Below are positions 1-60,992 of a DNA stretch of 64,000 nucleotides, one piece after another. The position numbers and the translations under genes were made by a program. This DNA is from Eledone cirrhosa. Taxonomy: Eukaryota. The DNA lies in the NCBI GenBank assembly GCA_964016885.1, contig OZ024741.1, positions 49,848,001 through 49,912,000 of the forward strand, given 5' to 3'. Each line of letters begins with the position of its first letter. The first letter of the stretch is position 1. The notes beneath the pieces were generated by a model that saw nothing but the letters and a program-made list of their open reading frames with translations, searched no databases and had not been told where the DNA came from.

Positions 1-53
1 AATGACTGTAATGGCAGCTGTCAAATGACTAAAACCAAAGGAGCAATAGTGTA

Positions 54-590
54 TGAGAGTTAGCTGAAAAGTTCATAGGCTGACCAAGATACTCTCATGG
101 AATGACCAAATGGGGTTTACTTTTCAACATAGTCCCAAGAAAGAAACAATGCAGTTATTAATAAAAAGAATTGAAATTAATGTATAATTTCACAGTTTTA
201 GCATCACTCCATCATAAGCTGACCAAGATACTCTCATGGAATGGCCAAATAGGGTTTATTTTTCAACATAGTCCCTGGAAAGAAACAATGCAGTTGTCAA
301 TAAGAGTTGAAACTAATGCATGCGAGATTTCACAGCTCTAGCATCACTCCTTCGTAGGCTGACCAAGATACTCTCATGGAATAACCAAATGTGGTTTATT
401 TTTCAACTTTACTACCTGGAAAGAAACTTGAAATTAATGCATGCAAGATTTCACAGCTCTAGCATCACTCTTTCATTGTCAGCCTATGTACCTTTCAGCT
501 GACCCTCATACAAAGTGGTCAAGAGAATTACTCAGGTTTAAATTTGAATACTGGTTTTCAGCCTATGAACTTTTCAAGCCACCCTCTTAT
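54..590. mobile_element. Mariner-type MITE with internal tandem triplication
   Basis: TIR-like gagagttagctgaaaagttcataggctga ... tcagcctatgtacctttcagctgaccctca with TA flanks. The ~140-bp unit gctgaccaagatactctcatggaat starts at ~80, ~218 and ~358, and an extra right TIR lies at ~559-588. Confidence 0.7.
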
Positions 591-713
591 GTATGTATAT
601 TCATACATACATAAAACATAGCATGCACATGTATATCTGTATATTGACAGTTCTTGTAAAGACAGTTTAGACATATATTCAGAATATGTTCTTTTCTTTT
701 TCTTGTATGTCAG

Positions 714-47676
<46,963 letters not shown>

Positions 47677-48340
47677 ATTTGTTGGTAAGTGTTGAAAAAA
47701 GGCATCCAAAACTGATGTATACAAGAAAGACAGACATTGACAGTAACTGAAAGAGAAATTTATTCTGAAGGCCTGAGAGACTTTTATTTTCTGTATTTAA
47801 AAAACATTTTGTTTTCTATCCATGGAATTAACAAACTTTGTTGATGAGGAAACCTTTAGCAATTTCCTTACTTAAAATAATGACTGATTAATGACTATAA
47901 ATAACAACTTGTAATGAAAAATAATAGTCATTTACTGTTTGATTTTATCTAGATGGAAATGTTGTTAAGTAATGTGTAAGTATTTGAATGCTTTAAATGA
48001 AGTTGAAGATAAAGTTAAGAAGAGAGAAAGGGGATATTAAGAAAGAAAGATTATTAAAAATGAGAACATATTAAGGAAGAAAATTTGAGAAAGTAAACCA
48101 GTCAGAAAGGGAGAGAAATAGTATAAGGGAAATAGATAATATATTAAGGATAGAAAGATTAAGTTTATATGATGGGAGAAAGAGAATAATTGACTAAATT
48201 ATATTACAATTAAAACTTAGTATAACTGAAAAAGGCAGTCTGATGGGGAGGAGTGAGAGGGAAATAGTGTGTATATAAAATATAGTGAGTGGTAATGAAA
48301 GAAGCAGTGAGCTTGTCATTGTGTGCATATTATATCATAT

Positions 48341-48527
48341 GGTGGATTGGCTGTATCAGTAGAGTGTCACATGCCATGTTTTGCAGCATAGAGTTATGGC
48401 CCTTTATGTTCTGAGTTCAAATCCTGCAGAGGTTAGCTTTGCCTTTCATCCTTATGGGGGCAATAAAATAAAGTACCAGTAATGCACTGGGGTAATTGCT
48501 GGCCTTGTGCCAAAAAGTAGAAACAAT
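48341..48527 (+). mobile_element. SINE family B, in the probable 3' UTR region
   Basis: Matches the family B copies elsewhere in the window. Confidence 0.8.
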
Positions 48528-48562
48528 TATATCAATAATGTGTGTGTAAGAGAGATACGTTG

Positions 48563-48596
<34 letters not shown>

Positions 48597-50239
48597 GTGT
48601 AGCAGTTGAATGAGTTGAAGGATATAAAAATGAAAGGCAACATGTCAAGATTTCTGAGAAACCTTTGAAAAATAAATCTCTGGTTGTTTGAAGTCAATTG
48701 GATTAGTTATATAGAATAACTAATCTCCAGATGGCTTCTTTAGTACTTATCAATCTGTCAATGTACTGTCTTACTTCAAGATGAATTAGCAAAAGGTGGG
48801 GTGGGGGGTTACTTTATTGCTGGATTTTTTTCTCTTCTTTTACTGCCAGATTTTAATTTTTGTGTTCAATAATTTACTTTTTAAATGGGACCATCATAGA
48901 ATTTTTTTACAGGCCATTTTAAACAATTATATCATAAATTAGACATTTTATTGCATGTCACGGTTACAGTGATTTGTTGCATACAGGGAATTAAATAATT
49001 GTCTTTCTCCTGTATAACTGATTATTATCCAAGTGAAATTATTAAAGAAACAGTCAACCTTACATCATTGAATCCCCATAACTAAGGCTCTGTAAATAGC
49101 TGTTGCTGTCAGTTGTGAATATATTTCATGGCAGCTCTTATGTTTGAAGTATAATCACCATTTGTCTCTTAGAATTTGTTGTGCTCATTATTTAGAGTAC
49201 AGTTTGGTGCTATAAATGAAACGTCTCCATCCAGTGAAATTAGCCACTAAGTATTTTTTTTAATAATTGTATAGCAGTAGCTGGGATTTTCCAAGCTATT
49301 AATCTTGTTTTTAGTGTGTCTGTGTCATTATTTTTTAATTAGTTTTTGTATTTCTCAATTGTCTTCAGTTGTCCTGTCTAATTTCATTCGTGTAACTGTA
49401 GCCTTTTGGCTTGATTTTCATTTAAACTCCTCCAGAATCTTTACTTCTAATACAAATACAAACAGAAGATATGCAAATCTGTAAAACTATTTCTAAAACT
49501 CTAGCATTTGAAAACAACTGGTAAGTATACAGTATACTGATGGAAATATAGTGAAATATATTGTCATGAAAGTTGAAGTTAATATTTTGGAAAATTTAAA
49601 TGTGTTTAACAATGATTTGTCTCATAAGTATAGATGTTATTGTATCATACTCAATGTTTTATATCCTTGCCCTCCTACACCAAAATTAAACATGACAAAT
49701 TCAACAATAAAAAAGCATGTACAAAAATTAACTAAATTGTTAAATTTTTTTTTTCATGAAATCATTGACATAAATAAGAAAGGAGTATGAGATATGAAAT
49801 GTGAATGGGTATCAAACGTTATTTTTTAAAATAGTGATTCTTTTAATTTTTTCTTTCTCTTTGTAAATAACTCAAAGCCATATCTATGATTTTTAACCTG
49901 TGAAAAATTTTATATATCTATTTAGATATATATATAAATATACAAACATTCAAGTGTGTGTATGTGTTTATGCACTCAAATATACACTTGCATATTCACA
50001 TAAAAAGCAGTAGATATGAATATACATATATATATATTATATATATATATATACACGCACACACATGAAATTTATATATCTGTGCCTATACACACATGCA
50101 TGCAGACATATATATATATATTTATATTCTAGAAATAAACTTCCATACATACACACACATTCATACATTTACAGCCACACACATATACATACACTCACAC
50201 ACGTGCGTGTATATATGTATATATATATATATACATGTA

Positions 50240-50303
50240 TACTCTTTTACTCTTTTACCTGTTTCAGCCATCCGGCTAAGGCCATGCTGGGGCACCGCCC
50301 TTG
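50240..50303 (-). mobile_element. Isolated 3' tail of the CR1/L2-group LINE
   Basis: Reverse complement of ~18125-18180 with a (taaaagag)2 tail, embedded in (TA)n. Confidence 0.8.
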
Positions 50304-50573
50304 TATATATATATATATATATGTATATACATGTATATATATATGTATATACATGTATTTATATATGTATATATATGTATATACATGTATATATATATAT
50401 TTATATACATGTATATATATGTATATACATGTATATATATATATATATTTATATACATGTATATATATATATGTATATACATGTATATATATATGTATAT
50501 ATGTATATGTATATATATGTATATATATATATATATGTATATATATGTATGTATATATATATGTATATATATG

Positions 50574-50606
<33 letters not shown>

Positions 50607-50791
50607 GTATATATATATATATGTATATATATGTATATATATATATGTGTATATATATGTGTATATATATGTATATATATATATGTATATATATATGTAT
50701 ATATATATGTATATATGTATATATATATATATGTATATATATGTGTATATATATGTATATATATGTGTATATATATATGTGTATATATATG

Positions 50792-50854
<63 letters not shown>

Positions 50855-50947
50855 ATATATGTATGTATATATATATGTATATATATGTATATATATATAT
50901 ATATATGTATATATATGTATATATATATATATATATGTATATATATG

Positions 50948-50980
<33 letters not shown>

Positions 50981-51137
50981 GTGTATATATATATGTATAT
51001 ATATATATGTATATATATATATGTGTATATATATGTATATATATATATGTATATATATATGTATATATATATATATATGTATATATATGTGTATATATAT
51101 GTATATATATGTGTATATATATATGTGTATATATATG

Positions 51138-51192
<55 letters not shown>

Positions 51193-51503
51193 ATATATGT
51201 ATATATGTATATATGTATATGTATATATGTATATATATATATGTATATATGTATATATATATATGTATATGTGTATATGTATATATGTATATGTATATAT
51301 GTATATGTGTGTATATGTATATATGTATATGTATATATATATATGTATATGTATGTATATATGTATATATATGTATATATATGTATATGTATATGTATAT
51401 GTATATATATATGTATATGTATATATATATGTATATTTATATATATATGTATATGTATATATATATGTATATGTATATATATATGTATATGTATATATAT
51501 ATG

Positions 51504-51562
<59 letters not shown>

Positions 51563-51590
51563 GTATATGTATATATATATGTATATGTAT

Positions 51591-51622
<32 letters not shown>

Positions 51623-51636
51623 GTATATATATATAC

Positions 51637-51739
<103 letters not shown>

Positions 51740-52506
51740 TATATATATATGTATATATGTATATGTATATATGTATATATATATATGTATATATATATGT
51801 ATGTATGTATATGTATATATATATATGTATATATATATATGTATATGTATATATGTATATATGTATATGTATATATATATATGTATATGTATATGTATAT
51901 ATGTATATATATATATATATATATATGTATATGTATATATGTATATGTATATGTATATATGTATATATATATGTATATGTATATATATGTATATATATAT
52001 ATATGTATATATATGTATATATATATATATGTATATATATATATGTATATATATATATGTATATATATATATCTATATATGTATATATATATGTATATAT
52101 TTATGTATATATATATGTATATATTTATGTATATATATATGTATATATTTATGTATATATGTATGTATATATGTATGTATATATATATGTATGTATATAT
52201 GTATGTATATATGTATATATGTATATATGTATACATATATAAATATATATGTATGTATATATGTATGTATATATGTATATATGTATACATATATATGTAT
52301 GTATATATGTATATATGTATACATATATATGTATATATATATGTATGTATATGTATGTATGTATGTATATATATATGTATGTATATATATATGTATGTAT
52401 ATATATATGTATGTGTATATATATGTATGTATATATATATATGTATATATATGTCTATGTATATATATATGTATATATATATGTGTATATATATATATGT
52501 ATATAT

Positions 52507-52554
<48 letters not shown>

Positions 52555-52617
52555 ATATGTATATATATATGTATATATATATATAATAAGGGCGCTGCGG
52601 AGTTGCAAATGGGTTAC

Positions 52618-52771
52618 ATATGAAAAAAGTTTGTCCTTCATCAGTGATCTTCCAACTATCATAGGTATTTCATCGCTTTAAAGACCAGGATTTCTGGCTT
52701 TTGGTCTTTAAAGCGATGAAATACCTATGATAGTTGGAAGATCACTGATGAAGGACAAACTTTTTTCATAT
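52618..52771. repeat. Perfect 70-bp-arm fold-back inside the (TA)n array
   Basis: Arms 52618-52687 and 52702-52771 with a 14-nt spacer. Confidence 0.93.
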
Positions 52772-52980
52772 ATATATATATATGTATATGTATATATATG
52801 TATATGTACGTATATATATGTATATGTACGTATATATATGTATATGTATGTATATTTATATGTATATGTATGTATATTTATATGTATATGTACGTATGTA
52901 TATTTATATGTATATATATATATTTATATGTATATGTATGTATATGTATATATATGTGTATATATATGTATATATATATG

Positions 52981-53015
<35 letters not shown>

Positions 53016-53047
53016 GTATATATATGTATATGTATATATATGTATAT

Positions 53048-53081
<34 letters not shown>

Positions 53082-53474
53082 GTATATATATGTATATGTA
53101 TATATATGTATATATATATATGTATATGTATATATATATATGTATATGTATATATGTATATGTATATATATATATGTATATATATATATATGTATATATA
53201 TATATGTATATATATATATGTATATATATATGTGTATATATACATATGTATATATGTATATATGTATATATATATGTATATATACATATGTATATATGTA
53301 TATATACATATGTATATATGTATATATGTATATATACATATGTATATATGTATATACATATGTATATATGTATATATATAAATATATATGTTTATATATA
53401 CATATGTATATATGTATATATGTATATACATATGTATATATGTATATATATAAATATATATGTTTATATATATA

Positions 53475-53520
<46 letters not shown>

Positions 53521-54034
53521 TATATATATATATGTGTATATATATATATGTGTATATATATATATATATACATTTTCCAGATCTAACTCTTGATTAGAAC
53601 TAAGGTATTTTTTCCTTAACTTTTAGAACGCTGAATTGTTTTATGAATTGCTTCCTTTGACACTGTATTATGTATCAAGGGGAGATTACTCTGTCAGCGA
53701 CAAGAGGGTTAAGCATCTTTCCTGATATAATTCAAATATTTTCATATTCTTCTTTACAAAACATTTTCTTTTTTCTTTTTTTTTAAATTCTATTCTCTTT
53801 CTAATCTCTTTCTAATTCTATTTTGTCTTATATATAAAAATTTAAATATTAATATATTATTGGACAATGTGCTTTGAGGCATCTAGTTATGGCCCTTTAC
53901 ATTCTGAGTTCAAAATCCCTCCAGGGTCAATATAATCCTCTTTTCCCTCCCCTCAAAATTGCTGGCATCGTGCCTAAATTAGAATCCATTATTATTTTTT
54001 AAATAAATAAAGAAATCATCATTATTATATCTAC

Positions 54035-54070
<36 letters not shown>

Positions 54071-57000
54071 TATTATTATTATTACTATTACCTTTATTAT
54101 TCATCTAATACTTTTGTATCCATAAATTAACAGTTATATTTTGTGAAAAGATTCCAGAAATACTATCAGAATATATATTTTTTTGCTGATATTTTATCCA
54201 TGTAACCAATGACTGAAAAAAAAAAGAGAATAATTGGAATAGATTCCACTGTATTTGGGCATTTTAATGAAAATAAAGTGATGTTATCTGATTCTTGACT
54301 TAATGTTGTTGATATATATGTACATGTGAAGACATATGGCCTTGTGATTTGGCTATTCGGCTCGCTGTCGTGAGTTCGATTCCCAGCAGCATGCTGTCCT
54401 TGAGCAAGACACTTTATTTTACCTAGTTCCCGTCCACTCAGCTGGCAAAAATATGTTGTACCTATAATTCAAAGGACCAGCCTTGTCACATTCTGTGTCA
54501 TGCTGAATCTTCTTGAGAACTTCATTAAAGGTATGCGTATTTGTAGAATGCTCAGCCACTTACACATTAATTTCACGAGTAGGTTGTTCTGTTGATCATA
54601 TCCACAGGAATACTCATTGTTGTAGCAGACAAGAGTGCCCTAAAAACAAAATATGCATGCATACATGTATAATTTTGTCGATCAACTTTCGTCAAATTAG
54701 ACCGAGGAAAGAATGTTTCCATTGGTCTTTCCAATTGCTAATACTATCTATCAGTTGCAACTCCAGGTAGAAGGAGCAACGTGAAATAAAGTGTCTTGCT
54801 CAAGGACATAATGCATGCAAGCATAGATAAATGTATGTAAAATGATGACCGTGATGTGCGTGCGAGTTCATATATATGTTTCTTCTGTTAAAAAACATCC
54901 TGACAGATCCCACAGCCAAGACATTGAGGTCACCATAGAGGCAACAGAAAGAAATATAGGCAATTTAAGAATTAAAGAGGCTATTATTATCAAGCAGAAA
55001 AAATACAAATAAATAATAGATCAGAAATGCATGAGGCAGAATGGTTATTATAATAACTTCACGCATGCATATTAGATACACGCAGCCCAGTTAAGGAAGT
55101 ACACATCGATCATTCATTTAGTTTTGAACTGTTTCTGCTCCACATTTGAAAAGAGGGTATTAGCCTTGGAATATCATGTTGAAATACATTGGATAAAACT
55201 TTGTTTTGTTTTATTTGTCATCAGTTGCCCTTCGTATTTTTCTACTGCGTTGTACCAGCTTTTTGAAAATTATTGGTCTTTCATTACATATATATATATA
55301 TTATAGTTAATATGAAGCATTGTGAGATATGTAATAAAAGACTGATAAGTTTCAGAGAGCTGGTACAATACAGTAGAATATATAAAGGACGTCTAAATCC
55401 ATGCTAGCGTGGAAGATAGACGTTAAACGATGATGATGATGACAAAGGATGATAAATGAAACAAAACAATTGTAATGTTTTCACTTAGTGTATTTCAACA
55501 TATTTCAGAGCTAGTATCCTCTTTTCAAATGTAAAAACGGAAACGGTTCAAAACAAAATGAACGATCGATGTGTTCTCTAACCGACCTTTAGAAGCTGAA
55601 TCTCACAAAAGACATGACAGAAGACTACAAGGATTTTCAACATGTGGTACTGAAGAAAACTTTTCTATTAGTATGAGAAATATGAATGTGGCCAGATACA
55701 CCCCACTCCTTAATAACTAGTCTCAGCAACACTATACTGTCATCACTTTATCCAAGATCACTTCCATCCCTTTTAAATCCAAACACACTAGTCATAGCTC
55801 TTTAGTGACTGTTCTCATCATGCCTGTAACCCCTCCTCTCTATCTGAGATCACCTTACCTTTCCCTTCTCTCTCTAATCCCTCTATAAAATCCCACCACA
55901 CTTCATACACCCATGAGATACTTTCTCTTTTCTCCCCTACATCATCCCTTTAAAATCCCCTACACTTGCCATACACCCATGACATCATGCTTGTAATCCT
56001 CCCTTCCCCCGTCTACCTATTGTCACTTACGCATGACATAATATTTATCATCCTTCTTATCTCTCCCCACCCCACCCCCGCCACTAAAGGGTAGAAAGAC
56101 CTCTTCACTCAAGTTACTGACCTACAATCTCCCTGGTGCTGCTGCCATGATAAAATCCACGTAGTACACCCTGTAAAGTGGTTTGTCTTATAGAGTTCAT
56201 TCTTATCTACATCAAGTGATAGTATTGTTTCTAAGAGTATCTCTAGTTCTGGGATAGATAATCTTTGTACTTTTTATCTAGCATACACTATTATGTCTTT
56301 AGCTACTTCCAGCTAAGAGTGGCTAGCAGATGGTCAATGAACCATCTATCTGTCCATTTTACATTTGTCACAAGGGGTTCCTATCAAGTAGAATTGCAAT
56401 TAAAACTCCACTAGATTTAATCATTTTAAATTGAGAAGCTCAAACGTTGCATATAAAAAGTTTTTAAAATAATTTTTATTCTTAATATGTATTGTTTGGG
56501 CTTCTAATAATTTCAAATTATATTGTTAAAATGCTTTCAAAAACTGCCTCGAAACATCTCCAACTGATCCGGCTAGATCCCTAAGTGGCAGGAGACCCAT
56601 GGGTAGACCCTGAGCAAGATAGTTGGATAATATCCATGAGCTTGACTGGTCTAGCTTGGGTATCCAGCCAGATCAGTTGGAAATGGTTGCTTCTGACAGA
56701 ACCTACTGGAAGGAGTGTTTGAGAACTCTGCCCCTACGACTCTCTCAGGAATAAGTGGTTGAAGATTCTATTTTACCATAACCACTGTACTGATTGTTTA
56801 ATTGTTCTTTTTTCTATCTATATTCATCATCCTAGGTATTGTCTTTTTTGTCACCTACACTAAATTACTTGTATAAGGCTTACCTTCATAAATGGTGTAG
56901 TAAAATCTAATTGGCATTTTTATTGAGGCTCTTTGTCGATTGGCAATTTAGGAAATTTATCTTTTGGTTCAATTTCTTTCTGAATCAACATTTTGATACG

Positions 57001-57802
57001 AACCCACCTCAAACCACTTCTGGTTCTATCAAATAGAATCACTCATTTTAAAGGGTTCTCATTTAAATTAAAATCTTCAAATATAATTTGATATAAGAAT
57101 CTTTTGTTATGTTGCAAATATCATTTTAATTCTTCATTGATTGATTCAAATACAGAGAATTTCATTAGATATATAGTCACAAAAGGGTTTAAAATGCATT
57201 CATTTTAATTAATACAAAAGCCCTTCAAATTTTCTATCTCTTCTACTACACCACAACCACTACATGTTTAATTCATACATTTCATCATCATCATTATTTA
57301 ACATCTAATATCCCAGCTTCCAAGGATTGGATGGGTCTTCACAAACAGAATCAGACAGGCCGAGCACCCACATTCTTGATACCATATAATCCCACTAACT
57401 AACATTCATAATAGCTGTGAACATTTTCAGGGCTTCCGAGATTGTTGAAAAGGATGGAGAGAGGTATTCTCAAATTGTGAATCTGGCCCAAATGCTTGCA
57501 ACTGAGTGGATACTACTAAAGTCACAGATGAGCTTCACAATAGATTGTCTATCATCCAAATAGTGCAAAATTTAAATTTAGAACAATAAGAGCCACAACA
57601 ATACCCCAAGGTGTTAACTTTAATGATTTTTCTAATCCTCTGCCTTAGGCTGGTTAATACTTTATTTATCAATCTGAGAAGGATAAAAGATAAGATTTGT
57701 CTTGGTGGAAATTGAACTCAAAATGCTAGAAGCTGGAATATAATTTATCAAAAGGTATTTTATCTAAGGCTCTAATGCTTTTGACAATGCATTACCTATT
57801 AA

Positions 57803-58028
57803 CCCTTTTGTTACCAGCCTAGCCAAAACCAACTCTGGTTCTATGAAATAAAACCCCTCATTTTAAATGTTTCCAATTTGAATTAAAATCTTCCAACATA
57901 ATTTTATATAAGAACCTTACATTAAGTTATTATCTTAGTTATGAAACAATTAATTAATAATTTTATTAAATTCCTCAAAATTCTTTAATTGAAACAGTGT
58001 ATTTCATTAGAAATACGGTCATGAAGGG
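57803..58028. mobile_element. piggyBac-type MITE
   Basis: TTAA-ccctt ... aaggg-TTAA; related AT-rich copies at ~19200-19400, ~28730-29090 and ~57000-57190. Confidence 0.65.
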
Positions 58029-58374
58029 TTAATGGAGATAAAATCCATTAATTGACAATTCAAAATACCAACTCAATTTTTTAAATCTCAGCACTGTATT
58101 AATTTCATCAAAGCTCATGGCAGGGTTTATATCGTTAACTCTAAAGTCATACTCATTATTTCACAAAGAAACTTTTTAGTGCAGAAACACACAAAAAAAC
58201 TTTAACAAATACTGCTGTATATTATTTATTTACAAGATATCTGATATATAATACATAAACTATATTGTCAACTAAAATACTGTTGTGCTTTACATTACCT
58301 CTTCTGGTTCAGCAGTTAGGAAAGCCTGACCATATTTATTTATTGTGAAATATTTTGTTGGCTGTTGTTGTAAG

Positions 58375-59115
58375 ATGTAGCGTTTACTATGTGTTGTTCA
58401 CTATCTGTTGTAACATGTGTTGTTCAATGTCTGTTGTAACATGTAATATTCACTGCCTGTTGTAAGATGTAATGTTCACTGTCTGTTGTAACATGTAATA
58501 TTCACTGCCTGTTGTAACATGTAATATTCACTGCCTGTTGTAAGATGTAATGTTCACTGTCTGTTGTAACATATAATGTACACTATCTATTGTAAAATGT
58601 TGTTCACTGTCTGTTGTAACATGCGTTGTTCACTATCTGTTGTAACATGTAATGTTCACTATCTGTTGTAACATGTAATGTACACTATCTGTTGTAAAAT
58701 GTCGTTCACTGTTTGTCCACTGCTTGTTGTAACATGTGCTGTTCACTGTCTGTTGTAACATGTGTTGTTCACTATCTATTGTAACATGTAATGTTCACTG
58801 TCTGTTGTATCATGTGTTGTTCACTATATGTTGTAACATGTAATGTTCACTGTCTGTTGCAACGTATTGTTCACTGTCTCTTGTAACATGTAATGTTCAC
58901 TATCTGTTGTAACATATAATGTACACTATCTGTTGTAACATGTGTTGTTCAATGTCAGTTGCAACATGTGTTGTTCACTATCTGTTGTAACATGTTCAAT
59001 GTCAGTTGTAACATGTTTTGTTCAATGTCTGTTGTAACATGTAATGTTCACTATCTGTTGTAACATGTGTTGTTCAATGTCAGTTGTAACATGTGTTGTT
59101 CCCTATCTGTTGTAA
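58375..59115. repeat. ~26-bp minisatellite
   Basis: Repeated tgttcactatctgttgtaacatgtaa. Confidence 0.9.
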
Positions 59116-59204
59116 TTTTGTGGTCACTGTTGTGAAATAAACTGTTGGTGTCTACTAATTGGTGTATGTTTATATGTTCATTGTTGTAAGACATTTAGAG
59201 GTTA

Positions 59205-59845
59205 TAGTGTGTTACAACACAACCTGCTGTGTTAGTTTCAGACAACACAGCCTGTGTTACAGTGTGTTACAATACAACCTACTGTGTTACAGTTTGTTAC
59301 ACCACAACCTATTGTGTTACAGTTTGTTACAACACAACCTACTGTGTTACAGTGTGTTATAACACATCCTACTGTGTTAGTGTTACAACACAACCTGCTG
59401 TGATACAGTGTGTTACAACACAACCTGCTTTGTTACAATTCGTTACAACATATCCTACTCTGTTACAGTGCTACAACACAACCTGTTGTGCTACAGTTTG
59501 TTACAACACAATCTGCTGTGTTACAGTGTGTTACAACACATTCAACTGTGTGGCAGTTTGTTACAACATATCCTACTATGTTACAGTGTTACAATACAAC
59601 CTACTGTATTACAGTGTTACAATGCAAGCTGATGTTACAACACAACTTGCTGTGTTATGGTTTGTTACAACACAACCTGTTATGTTACAGTTTGTTACAA
59701 CACATCCTACTGTGTTACAGTGTGTTATAACACATCCTGTGTTAGTGTTACAACATAACCTGCTGTGTTACAGCATATTACAACACAACCTGCTTTGTTT
59801 CAGTGAGTTACAACACAACCTGCTGTGTTACAGTGTGTTACAATC
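59205..59845. repeat. ~31-bp minisatellite
   Basis: Repeated tgttacaacacaacctgctgtgttacagtt. Confidence 0.9.
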
Positions 59846-59890
59846 TACAGTTCACTATTTTGTTGAACATCTCCCTGTGTATGTTATTTC

Positions 59891-59933
<43 letters not shown>

Positions 59934-60992
59934 GCGCGTGCTGTGTTTGGTTATTGTTTTCTTTCCGATCTGCTGTCTTCTGATATTAGCTTTACATTTC
60001 TGGAATTTCTGAAAGAAATCATTAAGAAAAAAATATGATTTATTAAGATATCTAAATGAGGTGATAACTATAACAGCAGTATCATACGAGTCTATAGAGT
60101 CAGTGTTGGTCTTTTGTATATGTAACACTAGCAAATAATGACAGACAGTCCTCACTACTGGTTTGGTGGTTGTTGTCTGCATCACAGACAACAAACTCTG
60201 CCTAAAATTAAATCCAATAGCCAGACAAATTGAGATGACTGGTTGAATTTGCTCTAAGATTAAACATTCTTAGATGGTCTTGTATCTACACTTGACAATT
60301 AGAAATAGCAGTCAAATCTTTTCAAATCATCTCCCACTGTCTTAATGAACAGCAAGCACAACATGCTATACACTAAAACAGGACTAAAAATAAATTTAAT
60401 ACCAACAGTAGATTTGAAATGTCCTATGAACATTGATCTCAATTCCTTAACTACAGAGATAAGTCACTTCATATTACTCATATCAATAATAAAAAGGTAT
60501 GGTTAATGTCTCCTTGGCCAGGTCACTAGTCTGTTTGCATGTTAATCCAGGATATGTTTCCTCTAGAAATGCTTGTATCAATTCTCAAAAGCCTTGTAAG
60601 CTGAGGTACATCAAAATAAGTATTCAATTCAAAGACTCAATAATCTGCCTGAAGCAGATACAAACACAAGACACTTGACCAATCTAATATGTTATCTGCT
60701 AACTAATTTCTGACTAAAAATATAAAAATTTACAGATTCATCCCACCTACAGCAGTATAAAATAAAGCTGGATCAATGAAAAGAAAACCTGATATAACCC
60801 TTTAGCATTTAAACCAGCCATATCTGGCCAGAATCATCTCAACTCTTTCTGTTCAAACCAGCTGTAACTAGCCGCTCATACCTACATTAAGGTATTGTTC
60901 CCAAAATAAATAACACCAAAATCTTGTAGATTTGATATTATGTGAGATAATTATGTAAGATAAAGCCTTTACTGTGAAAATACAATAATATA

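Noticed and set aside
52745-52771. Complete hammerhead ribozyme
   Set aside because: CTGATGA is present but no stem II or GAAA partner is visible on either arm; kept only as a hint.
58375-59160. Possible coding Thr-rich exon on the minus strand
   Set aside because: The unit is 26 bp, and the frames I tested from the nearest acceptor hit stops quickly.
59159-60038. Cys/Thr-rich ORFs (CVTVCYNTT repeats)
   Set aside because: They come from a ~31-bp minisatellite whose unit is not a multiple of 3, so the same peptides cycle through all frames.
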